Assembly: GCA_002269645.1 (NCBI GenBank)
Contig: NIVC01003216.1
Location: 46,610 to 110,609 of the forward strand
Length of the DNA stretch: 64,000 nucleotides
Origin: Macrostomum lignano
Taxonomy: Eukaryota
Reading direction: 5' to 3'
Shown here: positions 23,332-36,636 of the stretch, piece after piece
Position numbering within the stretch: the stretch's first letter is position 1
Layout: each line of letters starts with the position of its first letter
Position numbers and translations under genes: made by a program
The notes under the pieces: model-generated
Database searches by the model: none
Seen by the model: the letters and a program-made list of their open reading frames with translations, nothing else
Told to the model about the DNA's origin: nothing

Positions 23332-26300
23332 ATGTCTCAGCATGGCTCTGACAAGACTGACGACCTGCTAGAAGGTCTGGACCCCCTGCTGGCACAAAGT
23401 GCCCAGCTGACAGAGCGCAGTGAGGCAGCATTGAGCGACTTCAGCACTGTGTCCCGCCTGCCAGCTGTCATTGACAATGTACAACCATCCACCTCGTCGA
23501 TGAGGCCCCCGCCATCCCTGTCACTGTCGGGCAAGCCTCCGCTGTACACTTCCTCGGCCTCGACTTCCGGTTTTGTGTCGTCCAGTTCTGCCATGGCGGG
23601 TTCCCGAAGTCACACAGTCAGGGCCGGTGCTCTGTACCATGATGGAGTGCTGTCTTCCTATGGTGCTGCCAATGGGACCTCTGGCATGTAGGTCCTTGGA
23701 ATCAATGCTGTTAAAATGGTAGAACGCAAATTTTTATTGAAAATTTTCAATAATAAACTTAAAATCTTCAGAACTTCGTCCGCTGGTCCACTGACAAGTT
23801 CAACTGGTACTTCAACCACTGCTGCCGCAGCCATGGCCATGTATAGGAGTAGCAGCGCTTCTCGGCTGATGGACGGCAGAAACAGTTTGTGAGGCTCGAA
23901 TTGGAATTCTGCTTAACTTTTTAATTCTTGTTTTCACTAGATTAGCAATCCACTCTGTTTCAATTGATCTGTGATTGGCTAGATTAGCAATCCATTCTAT
24001 TCCAATTGATCTGTGATTGGCTAGATTAGCAATCCATTCTATTCCAATTGATCTGTGATTGGCTAGATTAGCAATCCATTCTATTCCAATTGATTTGTGA
24101 TTGGCTAGATTAGCAATCCATTCTATTCCAATTGATCTGTGATTGTCTAAATTAGCAGTCCATTCTATTCCAATTGATCTGTGATTGGCTAGATTAGCAA
24201 TCCATTCTATTCCAATTGACCTGTGATTGGCTAGATTAGCAATCCATTCTATTCCAATTGATCTGTGATTGGCTAGATTAGCAATCCATTCTATTCCAAT
24301 TGATTTGTGATTGGCTAGATTAGCAATTCATTCTATTCCAATTGATCTGTGATTGTCTAGATTAGCAATCCATTCTATTCCAATTGATCTGTGATTGTCT
24401 AGATTAGCAATCCATTCTATTCCAATTGATTTGTGATTGGCCAGATTAGCAATCCATTCTATTCCAATTGATTTGTGATTGGCTAGATTAGCAATCCATT
24501 CTATTCCAATTGATCAGTGATTGGCTAGATTAGCAATCCATTCTATTCCAATTGATCTGTGATTGTCTAAATTAGCAATCCATTCTATTCCAATTGATCT
24601 GTGATTGGCTAGATTAGCAATTCATTCTATTCCAATTGATCTGTGATTGGCTAGATTAGCAATCCATTCTATTCCAATTGATCTGTGATTGGCTAGATTA
24701 GCAATTCATTCTATTCCAATTGATCTGTGATTGTCTAGATTAGCAATCCATTCTATTCCAGTTGATCCGTGATTGGCTAGATTAGCAATCCATTCTATTC
24801 CAGTTGATCCGTGATTGGCTAGATTAGCAATCCATTCTATTCCAATTGATCTGTGATTGGCTAGATTAGCAATCCATTCTATTCCAAATAATCCGTGATT
24901 GGCTAGATTAGCAATCCATTCTATTCCAATTGATTTGTGATTGGCTAGATTAGCAATCCATTCTATTCCAATTGATCAGTGATTGGCTAGATTAGCAATC
25001 CATTCTATTCCAATTGATCTGTGATTGGCTAGATTAGCAATTCATTCTATTCCAATTGATCTGTGATTGTCTAGATTAGCAATCCATTCTATTCCAATTG
25101 ATCTGTGATTGGCTAGATTAGCAATCCATTCTATTCCAATTGGTCTGTGATTGGCTAGATTAGAAATCCATTCTATTCCAAATAATCCGTGATTGGCTAG
25201 ATTAGCAATCCATTCTATTCCAATTGATTTGTGATTGGCTAGATTAGCAATCCATTCTATTCCAGTTGATCTGTGATTGGCTAGATTAGCAATCCATTCT
25301 ATTCCAATTGATCTGTGATTGGCTAGATTAGCAATTCATTCTATTCCAATTGATCTGTGATTGGCTAGATTAGCAATGCATTCTATTCCAATTGATCTGT
25401 GATTGGCTAGATTAGCAATCCATTCTATTCCAATTGATCTGTGATTGGCTAGATTAGCAATCCATTCTATTCCAATTGATCTGTGATTGGCTAGATTAGC
25501 AATCCATTCTATTCCAGTTGATCCGTGATTGGCTAGATTAGCAATCCATTCTATTCCAATTGATTTGTGATTGGCTAGATTAGCAATCCATTCTATTCCA
25601 ATTGATTTGTGATTGGCCAGATTAGCAATCCATTCTATTCCAATTGATTTGTGATTGGCTAGATTAGCAATCCATTCTATTCCAATTGATCAGTGATTGG
25701 CTAGATTAGCAATCCATTCTATTCCAATTGATCTGTGATTGGCTAGATTAGCAATCCATTCTATTCCAATTGATTTGTGATTGGCTAGATTAGCAATCCA
25801 TTCTATTCCAATTGATTTGTGATTGGCTAGATTAGCAATCCATTCTATTCCAATTGATTTGTGATTGGCTAGATTAGCAATTCATTCTATTCCAATTGAT
25901 TTGTGATTGGCTAGATTAGCAATCCATTCTATTCCAATTGATTTGTGATTGGCCAGATTAGCAATTCATTCCATAATACAGCTACAACGTCAATTACTAT
26001 TTCACTATTCTCTCCAGCAACTCCAACGGTGTCTCCAGTCAGCTCAGCAGTCATTACACGGGCCAGTCGCAGCAGGCGGCGACATCAAAGTACCACCATC
26101 AGCAGCATCAGCAGCCTTACAGTGGTGCTTCATCACTGACCCGACCACCAGCGATGCAAACGCAGCCTTCGTCATCATATTACCAGTCAGCTCATCGTGT
26201 ACAGCAGCAGCAGCAGCAGCCTTCAATAGAAAGGTGAGCTCTGGAGGTGTGGGAGGAATTCCGTGTGGTTTAAATATTGAAGTTCACATTTTCAAGGAGT

Positions 26301-29300
26301 GGTTTACCATATGCAAGCGATACAGTACTTATTAATGCGACTATTGGGGCTTGGCCGTTGGCTCGTTAAAAATGTTACAAACAGCTTACTGATTCATCAA
26401 GTGACGCAGATGCGCTTTAGACTCTACGGCCCCTATAAAAGCGTCACTAATTCGTCTAATTGACTCATAAGAGCAATTATTTGACGACTCTAAGACATTC
26501 ACCAAGGTATTGTTTTCATCTGTTCTCAGATCCGGCATCTCGTCAGTTGGCGGCAACAGCGCTGGCGGGCAGACGGCCATCAGTGTGGAGACCATCGAGC
26601 GAGTCAGACGAAGTTTGCATCGTCGGTTGAGCGGCGGCGGTGGCGGCAGCAGCGAGGCCGGAGCTGGAGCCGCAGGCGCTGATGCGGAATCGACCAGCTC
26701 CACCCAGAACGGTCACGCAGCCGACCGAGCTGAAGGCGTTCGTCAGGCTTTCGAGTTGCAGTTGAATCGGCTGAAAGCTGAGCTCGATGAAGAGCGTCGG
26801 AAGCGGCAGGAGTGCGAGACTCAGCTGCGGTCCAGGCAGCAGGAGGCCTTCAAAAAGGACCAGGAGCTGACAGGTCTCAGGGCAGCCTGCGAGAGAAAAG
26901 ATCAGACTGTGAGTTGGGTGAAGGCGTGAGACTTACATGATCTTGTATGTTGTGTTAATTGGGCTGAATCTACCAGCTAAATCTACCAGATAAATCTACC
27001 AGCTGAAGCTACCAGCTGAATCTACCAGCTGAAGCTACCAGCTGAATCTACCAACTGAATCTACCAGCTGAATCTCAGAGCTAAATCTACCAGCTGAATC
27101 TACCAGCTGAATCTACCAACTGAAGCTACCAGCTGAATCTACCAGCTGAATCTACCAGCTGAAGGTACCAGCTGAAGCTACCAGCTGAATCTACCAGCTG
27201 AAGCTACCAGCTGAATCCACCAGCTAAAGCTACCAGCCTCAACTAATCTGCTGCTTTTGGGGCCGACTCCAACGGCAGTAGCTATTCGCTGCTTAACTTG
27301 TAACCAAGTTTGTCTTTAGAGTTGTAGGTGAAAATCTGTCAATAATTTCGAGAAGTCAAACGCACTTTTTCTTTTTTTATTATTTCTTCAATAGTCGTGC
27401 ATGCAGTAATATCTTGTTTCGTAAGCTAGTAAGTAGTATATGCGAAAATTTTCTCACTTGTTAGTAATCAGTTATTATTAGTTAGAAGTTTCACTTGCTA
27501 TTATGAGTGAAAATTGTGTATACAATCTCGAGTCACACTTAAGCTTCTTACGGTGTTCTTTCATTCTCATTCAATTTGAACGTCAATCATTCTAAGGATA
27601 CCCCTCACTTTTTCTAAGAAATGCCCCCCCAATAATTTTCAGAGTGGATCTTGTAGCTTTCTAAGAAATGTTTCTAGGAATATGCTTAATCATTGTAACA
27701 AAGGCCCGTCAAGCTTTTGAGATGGGGCGGAGAAATGAAAATTTTTCTGGCGGTTGGGCGTTTTTAAACTTTGAATTTCCGCCGGCGTTGCGTTCGCACG
27801 AGTTAAATCCGGAGAATCGCGCAGACGAATCACAACGAAGTTTTCTCCTGTTTTACTCCGACTGCCGGGTTCGGCAGTCCGGGGGGAGGGTAGTTGCAAT
27901 CGTAGGCGAGCGGTCTGTTAACGGCACGGTAGTTCAAATGGTAGACACCGGAGACTCTGACACCGTGAATTAATGCGTCGATATGCTGAGCTGATTACTA
28001 TCAGTAGGGTAGAGCTGCCACCACCGTCATTCTCGTATTACGGAACGCAATTAGTCTCAGAGCTTCTTTGAGTTGAGAACGTTAATTGTTTTACGCCCCG
28101 TGGGCAAATGACTTAATATAAACTACCGGGGCTTCAATTACTTAATGAAGATAAATTAGTCGATAAATGTGAGCTGCTTATTATTATTAACGGCTAGTAA
28201 AAGATTATCAAACAAAATTAATTAAAATTAAAGGTTACTTGAGACGCGACGCTATTAGAGATTTTGGCGATCCGGAGGAAGAGAGAAAGAGGAGAGGACC
28301 GAGAGGAAGCTAGATTGCGCATCGTTTCCAGCGTTAAAATAGTTATGCAAAGAAAGCAAGCAGTACATTGATTGGAGCATGCATTGGTACCACAAAAGGG
28401 GCAACTCCGGGAGCCACGAATGGCGCATCATGTGAACAAAATTAAACAAAATAATACTGAACTTAAACACATGCAAAAGTAAATGACCACGGGAAGGGGC
28501 GACAAAGGGGCCACAACCGGAAAAAATACAAACCACACAAGGGCGCAAGAGAGGACCAACCAAAGGGGCAAACCCGGGAGCAGGAGATGGGCGGAAACAC
28601 GTCATGGGGCATCTCAGGGTGGACAGAGGAGACCAAACCCGGAAAAAGAAAAAAACACGGTGGTAGCCCCACCTACCACACTTTGTTACAATCGCCTCAC
28701 TTATTTCTTAGAATCGGTCCTATGCATTTCTAAGAATTGTTACTGTAAAATTTTTCTAAGAAGAATTTCTCCGAGGCGTTCTTAATTTTCTGCGAAGCTT
28801 TCTAAGAATTTCTCAGATGCTTTCTACGAATTTTTCGATGCTTTCTAAGAATTTCTCAGATGCTTTCTACGAATTTTTCGATGCTTTCTAAGAATTTCTC
28901 AGATGCTTTCTACGAATTTTTTCGATGCTTTCTAAGAATTTCTCAGATGCTTTCTAAGAATTTTTTCGATGCTTTCTAAGAATTTCTCAGATGCTTTCTA
29001 AGAATTTTTTCGATGCTTTCTAAGAATTTCTCAGATGCTTTCTACGAATTTCTCAGATGCTTTCTAAGAATTTTTTCGATGCTTTCTAAGAATTTTTTCC
29101 GATGCTTTCTAAGAATTTCTCAGATGCTTTCTAAGAACTTCTCAGATGCTTCCTAAGAATTTCTCAGGTGCTTTCTAAGAATTTCTCAGATGCTTTCTAG
29201 GAACTTCTCAGATGCTTTCTAAGAATTTCTCAGGTGCTTTCTAAGAATTTCTGAATTTCTCAGATGCTTTCTAAGAATGGCTCAACAATCTTTTTAGAAT

Positions 29301-32300
29301 CACCCGCACGCTATGCTAAAGTCATCCGAGTTATTTCTTAGAATCGCTCCTACGTGATTCTAAAAGCTGTCAGCAAGCTTTCAAAGAGTTTATTCAACGA
29401 TTTCTAAGAATCGCGTCAAAAATTTTATTCAGATCCGGCAGCTGGAAGACTCGACCGAGAAGCTGAACGAAAACTGGCGCCGAAGAGACGCCGAACGCGA
29501 GCAATCGGCGCGCCGCGTCACTGAACGCGCCAGCGCACTGGAACACGAGCTGGCCAACGCCAACGCGCGCGCTCGCCAATCGCAGCAGGAAATCGGCGCC
29601 GCTGCGCAGCAAACCGAGCGCCAATTGCGCGACTGGCGCGCCAGAGCCGAAGCTGCCGAGGCGAACGCGGCGCGCGGCGCGGAAACTGGCGCCACCGAGT
29701 TGGCGCGCGTCCGGGAGGAGCTTCGACGCGAAGCTGAGGCCCGCGCCAGCCTGGCTGCCGAGCTGGAAGCGGCGCGCGCCGAGAAGCGCAACACCGAGGC
29801 GTCTGCGCGTCAACGCGAGCGCGTTCTGGAAGCAGAGGCGCGCGGCTGGTCGGAGCGCCAGGCGGAGTGGCAGGCGCGCCAGGCTGAGACGGAGCGCGCC
29901 AGACACGCCGAACGAGAAGAGCTGGAGCGGGTGGTGGCGGATTTGAAGCGAGCCCTGGATCAGGTCGGCATTCGTAGATTTGGGAATGAATTTCTGGGAT
30001 CTCGAAATTTTGGAATGGGATTTTTGAAATCTCAAAGTTTGAGAATGGGATTTTTGAAATCTCAAAGTTTGAGAATGGGATTTTTGAAATCTCAAAGTTT
30101 GAGAATGGGATTTTTGAAATCTCAAAGTTTGAGAATGGGATTTTTGGGATCTCAAAGTTTGAGAATGGGATTTTTGGGATCTCAAAGTTTAAGAATGGGA
30201 TTTTTTGGGATCTCAAAGTTTGAAAATGGGATTTTTTGGGATCTCAAAATTTGTTATTGGTATTTTTGGGACCTCAAAGTTTGAGAATTGGATTTTTAGA
30301 GTCTTAAATCTTTTGAATGATATTTTGGGATCTAAAATATTTCAGATATGTGGATTTCTAGCTATCAAATTAATTTTCCCCACCCGCAGGCCCAAGCAGA
30401 TCTTCGCCGTTCAGCCTCGGAGCAGGAGCGCCTATCCAGCGAGCTTAGTGACCTCCAGTCCGCCTGGGAGGCTCGCGAAGCCCAGCTGGAGCCCGCCAGG
30501 CGCAAGGCCGAGTCCGAGGCGCGCGCCAGAGCGGAGCGCGAAGCCGCCGAACGGCTGGAGGCGGCGCGCGCCGATTGGTCCCGGCGCGAACGAGCTGCGC
30601 GCGACTCAGCGCAAGCAGAGATTCGAGGCCTGCGGGAGCGCTGGGCGAAGGAGAAGGAGACGCTGAGACGGCGGTTCGAGGAAGAGCTGGATGCCAGGTG
30701 ACTAGTGATAGCGGCGCTAGATTGATCAGAGTAGGGCTAGATTGATCAGATATGCGTTAGATTGATTGGGGTGGCGCTAGATTGATATGGGTGGCGCTAG
30801 ATTGATTTGAGTGGCGCTAGAGATGATTGGAGTGGCGCTAGATTGATTAGAGTGGCGCTAGGTTGATTGGAGTTGCGCTAGGTTGATATGAGTGGCGCTA
30901 GATTGATACGGGTGGCGCTAGGTTGATATGGGTGGCGCTAGGTTGATATGGGTGGCGCTAGGTTGATATGGGTGGCGCTAGATTGGTACGGGTGGCGCTA
31001 GGTTAATATGGGTTGCGCTAGGTTGATATGGGTGGCGCTAGGTTGATATGGGTGGCGCTAGATTGATACGGGTGGCGCTAGATTGATATGGGTTGCGCTA
31101 GATTGATTAGAGTGGCGCTAGGTTGATACGGGTGGCGCTAGATTGGTACGGGTGGCGCTAGATTGATACGGGTGGCGCTAGATTGGTACGGGTGGCGCTA
31201 GATTGGTACGGGTGGCGCTAGATTGGTACGGGTGGCGCTAGATTGATATGGGTTGCGCTAGGTTGATTAGAGTGGCGCTAGGTTTATATGGGTGGCGCTA
31301 GGTTGACTAGATTAGATTAGTTAAATTAAAATGGCGCCAATTAGGCCGCATAGAATTTAGAATAGAACTCACTGACCAGCTTCAACTCTCCCCAGATGCG
31401 CCGAGATGGAAGGGCGACTTCGGTCGGCGCGCGAAGAGAACGAAGAGCTGTCTAGGCGGTGCGAGCACTGGAAGGAGCAGAAGCGGCATGCGGACCAGCA
31501 GCGACTCCGAATGGCCGGTCTGTTGCAGTCGGTAATGCAGGGCCAGTGCAACGACGCTCTGAGCATTCTCAGCGGTGGTGGCGGCGGCGTCGGTGGTGCC
31601 GGAAGCGATGTCGGTACGGGCCAGCAGCCCATGTCGGCGAGATCAAACGTCACCCAGGATTCGGTCGGTTCCGCTGGTGACGGCTCGGTGAGAATCGAAC
31701 TTCGACGTGGACCCCAGCTCGAGGCCGATAAACCGTACGAAGCGTCTTCTTCGGCCGTTCAAAACTATGACTCATCTGACGGTCATACTGGTCATGTGTA
31801 TGACTCATCTGCCGGTCATACTGGTCATGCGTATGACTCATCTGCCGGTCATACTGGTCATGCGTATGACTCATCTGCCGGTCGTACTGGTCATGCGTAT
31901 GACTTATCTACTCGTCATACTGGTCATGCGTATGACTCATCTGCCGGTCGTACTGGTCATGCGTATGACTCATCTGCCGGTCATACTGGTCATGCGTATG
32001 ACTCATCGAACCGTCATAGCAATCGCGCGTATGACAACCAACTAGTTAATTATGACGGTCAGGCCAATGACTTATTAGCTGGTCAAAGAAGCATTGCATC
32101 TGCTGGTCAAAGAGCTCATGCATATGACGCATCATCTGGTCGCGCGGCTCAGGCGTATGACTCACTAACTCGTCATACATATGACTCATCCGTGAATCGC
32201 GCTTCCTTTGACTCGCAGTCGCATGACTCACCTCGATCAGGAAAAGGTCATCAGCCAGTTTCTGACTCATTAGGGACCAGAGGGCCCTCCGCCACCGCCA

Positions 32301-33580
32301 GTCATGGTCACGGATCGCCCGCTAGAAAGCCGAAGTCAGATTTGGCTGCAGCCTATGACCCATCACCTCTGCATGGAGTCTCGTCCTCTGACGTTATCGA
32401 TGAGTCATTCAGGCCCGCCGCCATCGGCAGAGAAGCCACTGCTGGGTCCGTGGTTTTGTCAGCTGAAAGTCGAACCAACAACCAACCGTTGACGCAAAAC
32501 AGCAGTTCTTCCTATGACTCATCAATGAGTCACGTCGCTAATAAACACGAATTAACGATGAAAAACTCCAGCAAACAAGTTTATGACTCACCAGGCGCTC
32601 ATGCCAGCAAGTATGACTTTCCGATGACCGCTAAAGCTAGCAATCAGACCTATGACTCATCAGGGGCTCATGCAAGCTTCCATGACCCTCAAATGACCGC
32701 CAAAGCCAGAAATCAGACCTATGACTCATCAGGGGCTCATGCAAGCTTCCATGACCCTCAAATGACCGCCAAAGCCAGAAATCAGACCTATGACTCATCT
32801 GCAGCTCATGCCAGCAAGTATGACCCTCAGATGACCGCCAAACCCAGCAACCAGGTCTATGACTCACCAGGGGCTCATGCCAGCAAGTATGACCTTTCGA
32901 TGACCACTAAAGCCAGCAATCAGTACTATGACTCATCTGCAGCTCATGCCAGATTCAATGACACTCCGATGAGTACCATAGCTAGCAACCAGACCTATGA
33001 CTCATTGCTGACTCACACCTCTAACAGTTATGACCCACCGATGACCAAAGCCAGCAGTAGTAGCTATGCCTATGACTCATCGGTGACAGCTCACGTAGCC
33101 AGCAAGTATGACCCACCAGCGACCCGAGCGGATGACTTGTTGATGACCCGCACAGATGCCCAGCAGGCGTATGACTCATATTTAGCCAAGACTCAGACAG
33201 CTGCTAGCAGCGGAGCAGCAGTGCCTCGTCTCGATCTGGGACTTGATCGGCAGGAGGACGAAAAAACCGACCAACATCCGGGCGATGACCTTGACAACAA
33301 TGCTGACGGATATGGTGTGGCGCAGCAGCAGCACCAGAGGCTGCCGCAGCTGGACCCAATTCTCGAAGCGGACACGCCCAGAACAGACACGGCCAGATCA
33401 GTCAAGCAGCTTATTGATCTTCCGTCTCCTCGTGCTGCTGCTGCTGCTGCTGAACCGGCACCACCTTTTCATCAGCTGATGCGCTCGGTGGCCGAAGCAC
33501 TCGGCGATGGCGAAGCTCCAGACGGCGCGGGCGGAGCGGGCGACGGTCTGGAAGACGCAAATTCTGATAGAAGCTTTTAA
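23332..33580 (+). CDS. CNTROB: Centrobin-like coiled-coil protein with Tyr-Asp repeat C-terminus, 7 exons
   Basis: Phase-consistent GT-AG exons 23332-23687, 23772-23888, 26018-26233, 26530-26908, 29433-29963, 30390-30697, 31396-33580. Spliced AACERKDQTIRQLEDSTEKLNENWRRRDAER and QRLRMAGLLQSVMQGQCNDALSILS resemble my recollection of centrobin (..RKKDTMIEQLDKTLARVVEGWNRHEAER and ..LQAMLQAHWDEANQLLS). The exon structure is firmer than the name. Confidence 0.65.
23937..25972. repeat. Intronic 42-bp satellite (GATTAGCAATCCATTCTATTCCAATTGATCTGTGATTGGCTA), about 48 copies
   Basis: Period 42 read directly; fills most of intron 2 of the centrobin-like gene. Confidence 0.97.
26964..27236. repeat. Intronic 13-bp tandem repeat (ATCTACCAGCTGA), about 20 copies
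   Basis: Direct reading, intron 4. Confidence 0.92.
27718..28680. mobile_element. Solo LTR, family copy 2
   Basis: TGAGATGGGG...CCTACCACA termini, 4-bp TSD CTTT (27714-17, 28681-84); homologous to 13057-13983. Confidence 0.78.
28750..29280. repeat. Intronic 22-bp tandem repeat (TTCTAAGAATTTCTCAGATGCT), about 23 copies
   Basis: Direct reading, intron 4. Confidence 0.92.
29985..30290. repeat. Intronic 30-bp tandem repeat (ATCTCAAAGTTTGAGAATGGGATTTTTGAA), about 9 copies
   Basis: Starts just after the GT donor at 29964; explains the spurious FLKSQSLRMG tail of the track ORF. Confidence 0.9.
30715..31310. repeat. Intronic 20-bp tandem repeat (GATTGATATGGGTGGCGCTA), about 29 copies
   Basis: Direct reading; fills intron 6. 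Confidence 0.93.
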
Positions 33581-33719
33581 CACTGAATTGAAATGTGTTT
33601 TTTTTAAAAACATTGATTAATTAGAACAAAATAAGCGTTTATTTCTACTGATATCGAGTAGGCTAATGCGAAAGGGTGTTTGACAAAATGTGATTTTGGT
33701 TAAAATTTAGGGCACCTGT

Positions 33720-34170
33720 AAGACTCCCTGTAAGACTCTCTGTAAGAGTCCTGTGTCTAACAGGCTACGAGTCCTGTACCTAACAGGTTAGACTTGTGTC
33801 TAACAGGTTAGACTTGTGTCTAACAGGTTAGACTTGTGTCTAACAGGTTAGACTTGTGTCTAACAGGTTAGACTTGTGTCTAACAGGTTAGACTTGTGTC
33901 TAACAGGTTAGACTTGTGTCTAACAGGTTAGACTTGTGTCTAACAGGTTAGACTTGTATCTAACAGGTTAAGAGTCATGTATCCTACAGGTTATGAGTCC
34001 TGTATCTAACAGGTTAGACTTGTGTCTAACAGGTAAAGAGACATGTATCCTACAGGTTATGAGTCCTGTATCTAACAGGTTAAGAGTCCTGTGTCTAACA
34101 GGTTAAGAGTCCTGTGTCTAACAGGTTAAGAGTCCTGTGTCTAACAGGTTAAGAGTCCTGTGTCTAACAG
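33720..34170. repeat. 20/23-bp tandem repeat (TCTAACAGGTTAGACTTGTG) downstream of the centrobin-like stop
   Basis: Direct reading. Confidence 0.9.
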
Positions 34171-35356
34171 AATGTTTATAATTATCTAACGCACAAAACA
34201 GGTCCAATGCCAGTTTAAACCTGACTTTTCCGTCCCAGGCTGTGGCTTTAACTCGAATCCCCACTGCATTGCCGATTGGTTTTGCAAAGCATTCAACAAC
34301 AATTTATAATTTTTACTCTGTTATAGTTTATAGATATTGCAGTGGCTGTAATTAAGCAGCCCGTATTTAATAGAAAACCGGCCTTTATATTTATTGCTAC
34401 TGTCAGTGATAACTTCTGTTAATTCCGTCTTGTTTTTCAGTTTATTTTTTTTACCTTTCAATGCCTTTTTTACGTTATTTGCGATTTTGTACTCTGTCGG
34501 TGAAATTGCGCTTCGTCAGTAGTTGTTTTGCATCAACTGTTTTCTCATTCGAAATTTGGTTGTGCAATAAGTAATAAATGCTTTTTTGTCAGCTTAACTA
34601 ACTAGCTTTTTTAGGGGTGTTGCAAAAGTTTCTGGACTTTGAAATGAGGTGAAATTTTAGTAGTGTACACTCAGCAACATCGAAAAGTCGCCATCACAGA
34701 ATATTCCAGAAGTGCAGGTAAAGTCTCTCGATCTTGGCGAGTGACGCAACTCAGCTACGCCACGGCAGACTTGAGCTGAGGAATGAAGTGGGGGGAGCGG
34801 TGTGCGAGGGTTGGACGTACTAAAGCTACCCCAATCAGTTTTCTCGTATCTTTTCAGACTATGAGATCAAAGGAGAACCAACGGCATCTCATTTTGGCAA
34901 CAGTGACAGTGGTAACTCAGTTGCGGGTATCATTTAATCACTCCTGTCGTTCACAGAGGTAACACAGTCCAGATACTTTTTCAACACCCTCGTCTCATCT
35001 ATCATAGGCTGGCCTTTGCGTAGAGACTGCCTGTCGCTTACACTTTCTATTGCCTGTAGTTGAGCCCATGTTCCCTGAGCTGCTTGTGCCTTTCTGTTTT
35101 CTTCTATATTTTCAAAGCTGCATATTTTAGGTTGCCTTACATGTAGATTAGATCAACAATATTGATTTAAATTGCTGCTGATGTACAATTTTTTATGATC
35201 TACACTAAGCAGGTGTCAGTTGTAAGTTTTGCGACTTTTTTGCGGGCATAATAGCAGTTCAGGTTGTACTTTTGTTGGCTTGCTGAATCATGCTGAAAAT
35301 TACGGTTTTCGACAGTAAAGTTTTTGAATATGCTTGCGGATCTTGTGGCTTTAGAA

Positions 35357-36170
35357 ATATGAGGCTTTGTGAATCTCCAGAAATAATGATGTTCATCTAT
35401 TTATCTCTTTGTCTGTCTGTTTGTCTGTCTTAGTGTCTCTTTATCTCTATCTGTCTGTCTGTCTTGTGAATCTATATGAGGCTTTGTGAATCTCCAGAAA
35501 TAATGATGTTCATCTATTTATCTCTTTGTCTGTCTGTTTGTCTGTCTTAGTGTCTCTTTATCTCTATCTGTCTGTCTGTCTTGTGAATCTATATGAGGCT
35601 TTGTGAATCTCCAGAAATAATGATGTTCATCTATTTATCTCTTTGTCTGTCTGTTTGTCTGTCTTAGTGTCTCTTTATCTCTATCTGTCTGTCTGTCTTG
35701 TGAATCTATATGAGGCTTTGTGAATCTCCAGAAATAATGATGTTCATCTATTTATCTCTTTGTCTGTCTGTTTGTCTGTCTTAGTGTCTCTTTATCTCTA
35801 TCTGTCTGTCTGTCTTGTGAATCTATATGAGGCTTTGTGAATCTCCAGAAATAATGATGTTCATCTATTTATTCTCTTTGCCTGTCTGTCTGTGCGTCGG
35901 TCTGTCTGTCTGTCTGTATGTCCTCTCTGTCTGTCTGTCTGTCTGTCTGTGCGTCGGTCTGTCTGTCTGTCTGTCTGTCTTAGTGTCTCATTATCTCTAT
36001 CTGTCTGTCTGTCTGTCTGTCTGTGCGTCGGTCTGTCTGTCTGTCTGTCTGTCTTAGTGTCTCATTATCTCTATCTGTCTGTCTGTCTGTCTGTCTGTGC
36101 GTCGGTCTGTCTGTCTGTCTGTCTGTCTTAGTGTCTCATTATCTCTATCTGTCTGTCTGTCTGTCTGTAA
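35357..36170. repeat. 117-bp tandem repeat (about 4.5 copies) grading into a (TCTG)n-based higher-order repeat
   Basis: ATATGAGG recurs at 35357, 35474, 35591, 35708 and 35825. Confidence 0.92.
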
Positions 36171-36636
36171 TAAGTCCGATAGCTGCACACTACGTAAAAA
36201 ACAATAAAACAAACTTTTACAAAAGCATTACTAATAATCCAGTATTCCTTTGCTATCTAAACTGATTATATTTTCTGACGCGCTGCAAACTGCCTGTCGA
36301 TTTGTTGTCTCACTGCATGAGCCGGGGCAACTTCTAGCTGTAAGATCAAAAAACAAATTTCTTACTAAAATAAAAAAATAAATGCAGCGATTTCACTTGA
36401 TCATTTTGAATTTTGAAATCATCTACGCTGATAAATACTCATGCTGTTGATATTATCTCAGTGTCTTTATATGTCCAGTAGCAGTTTCTCAAGTCGAAAC
36501 GCCCTGCTAGCTTCATGTGATCGTTTCATGACAAAAAAATAAAATCGTACATTGTGTGCTTTAAAATGTAGAAATTCTATTTTTCTGAAAAACATCGATA
36601 CGAAAAATAATGATAGATGGATAGATAGGTAGATGG

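Noticed and set aside
23937-25972. CRISPR-like appearance of the 42-bp array
   Set aside because: Head-to-tail units with no unique spacers, no cas genes, and a eukaryotic intron context.
29394-30284. RSQKSHSQTL / FEIPKIPFSN / FLKSQSLRMG repeat ORFs
   Set aside because: Translations of the intronic 30-bp repeat or antisense of exon 5.
35827-36265. CLSV-repeat ORFs
   Set aside because: (TCTG)n microsatellite translations.
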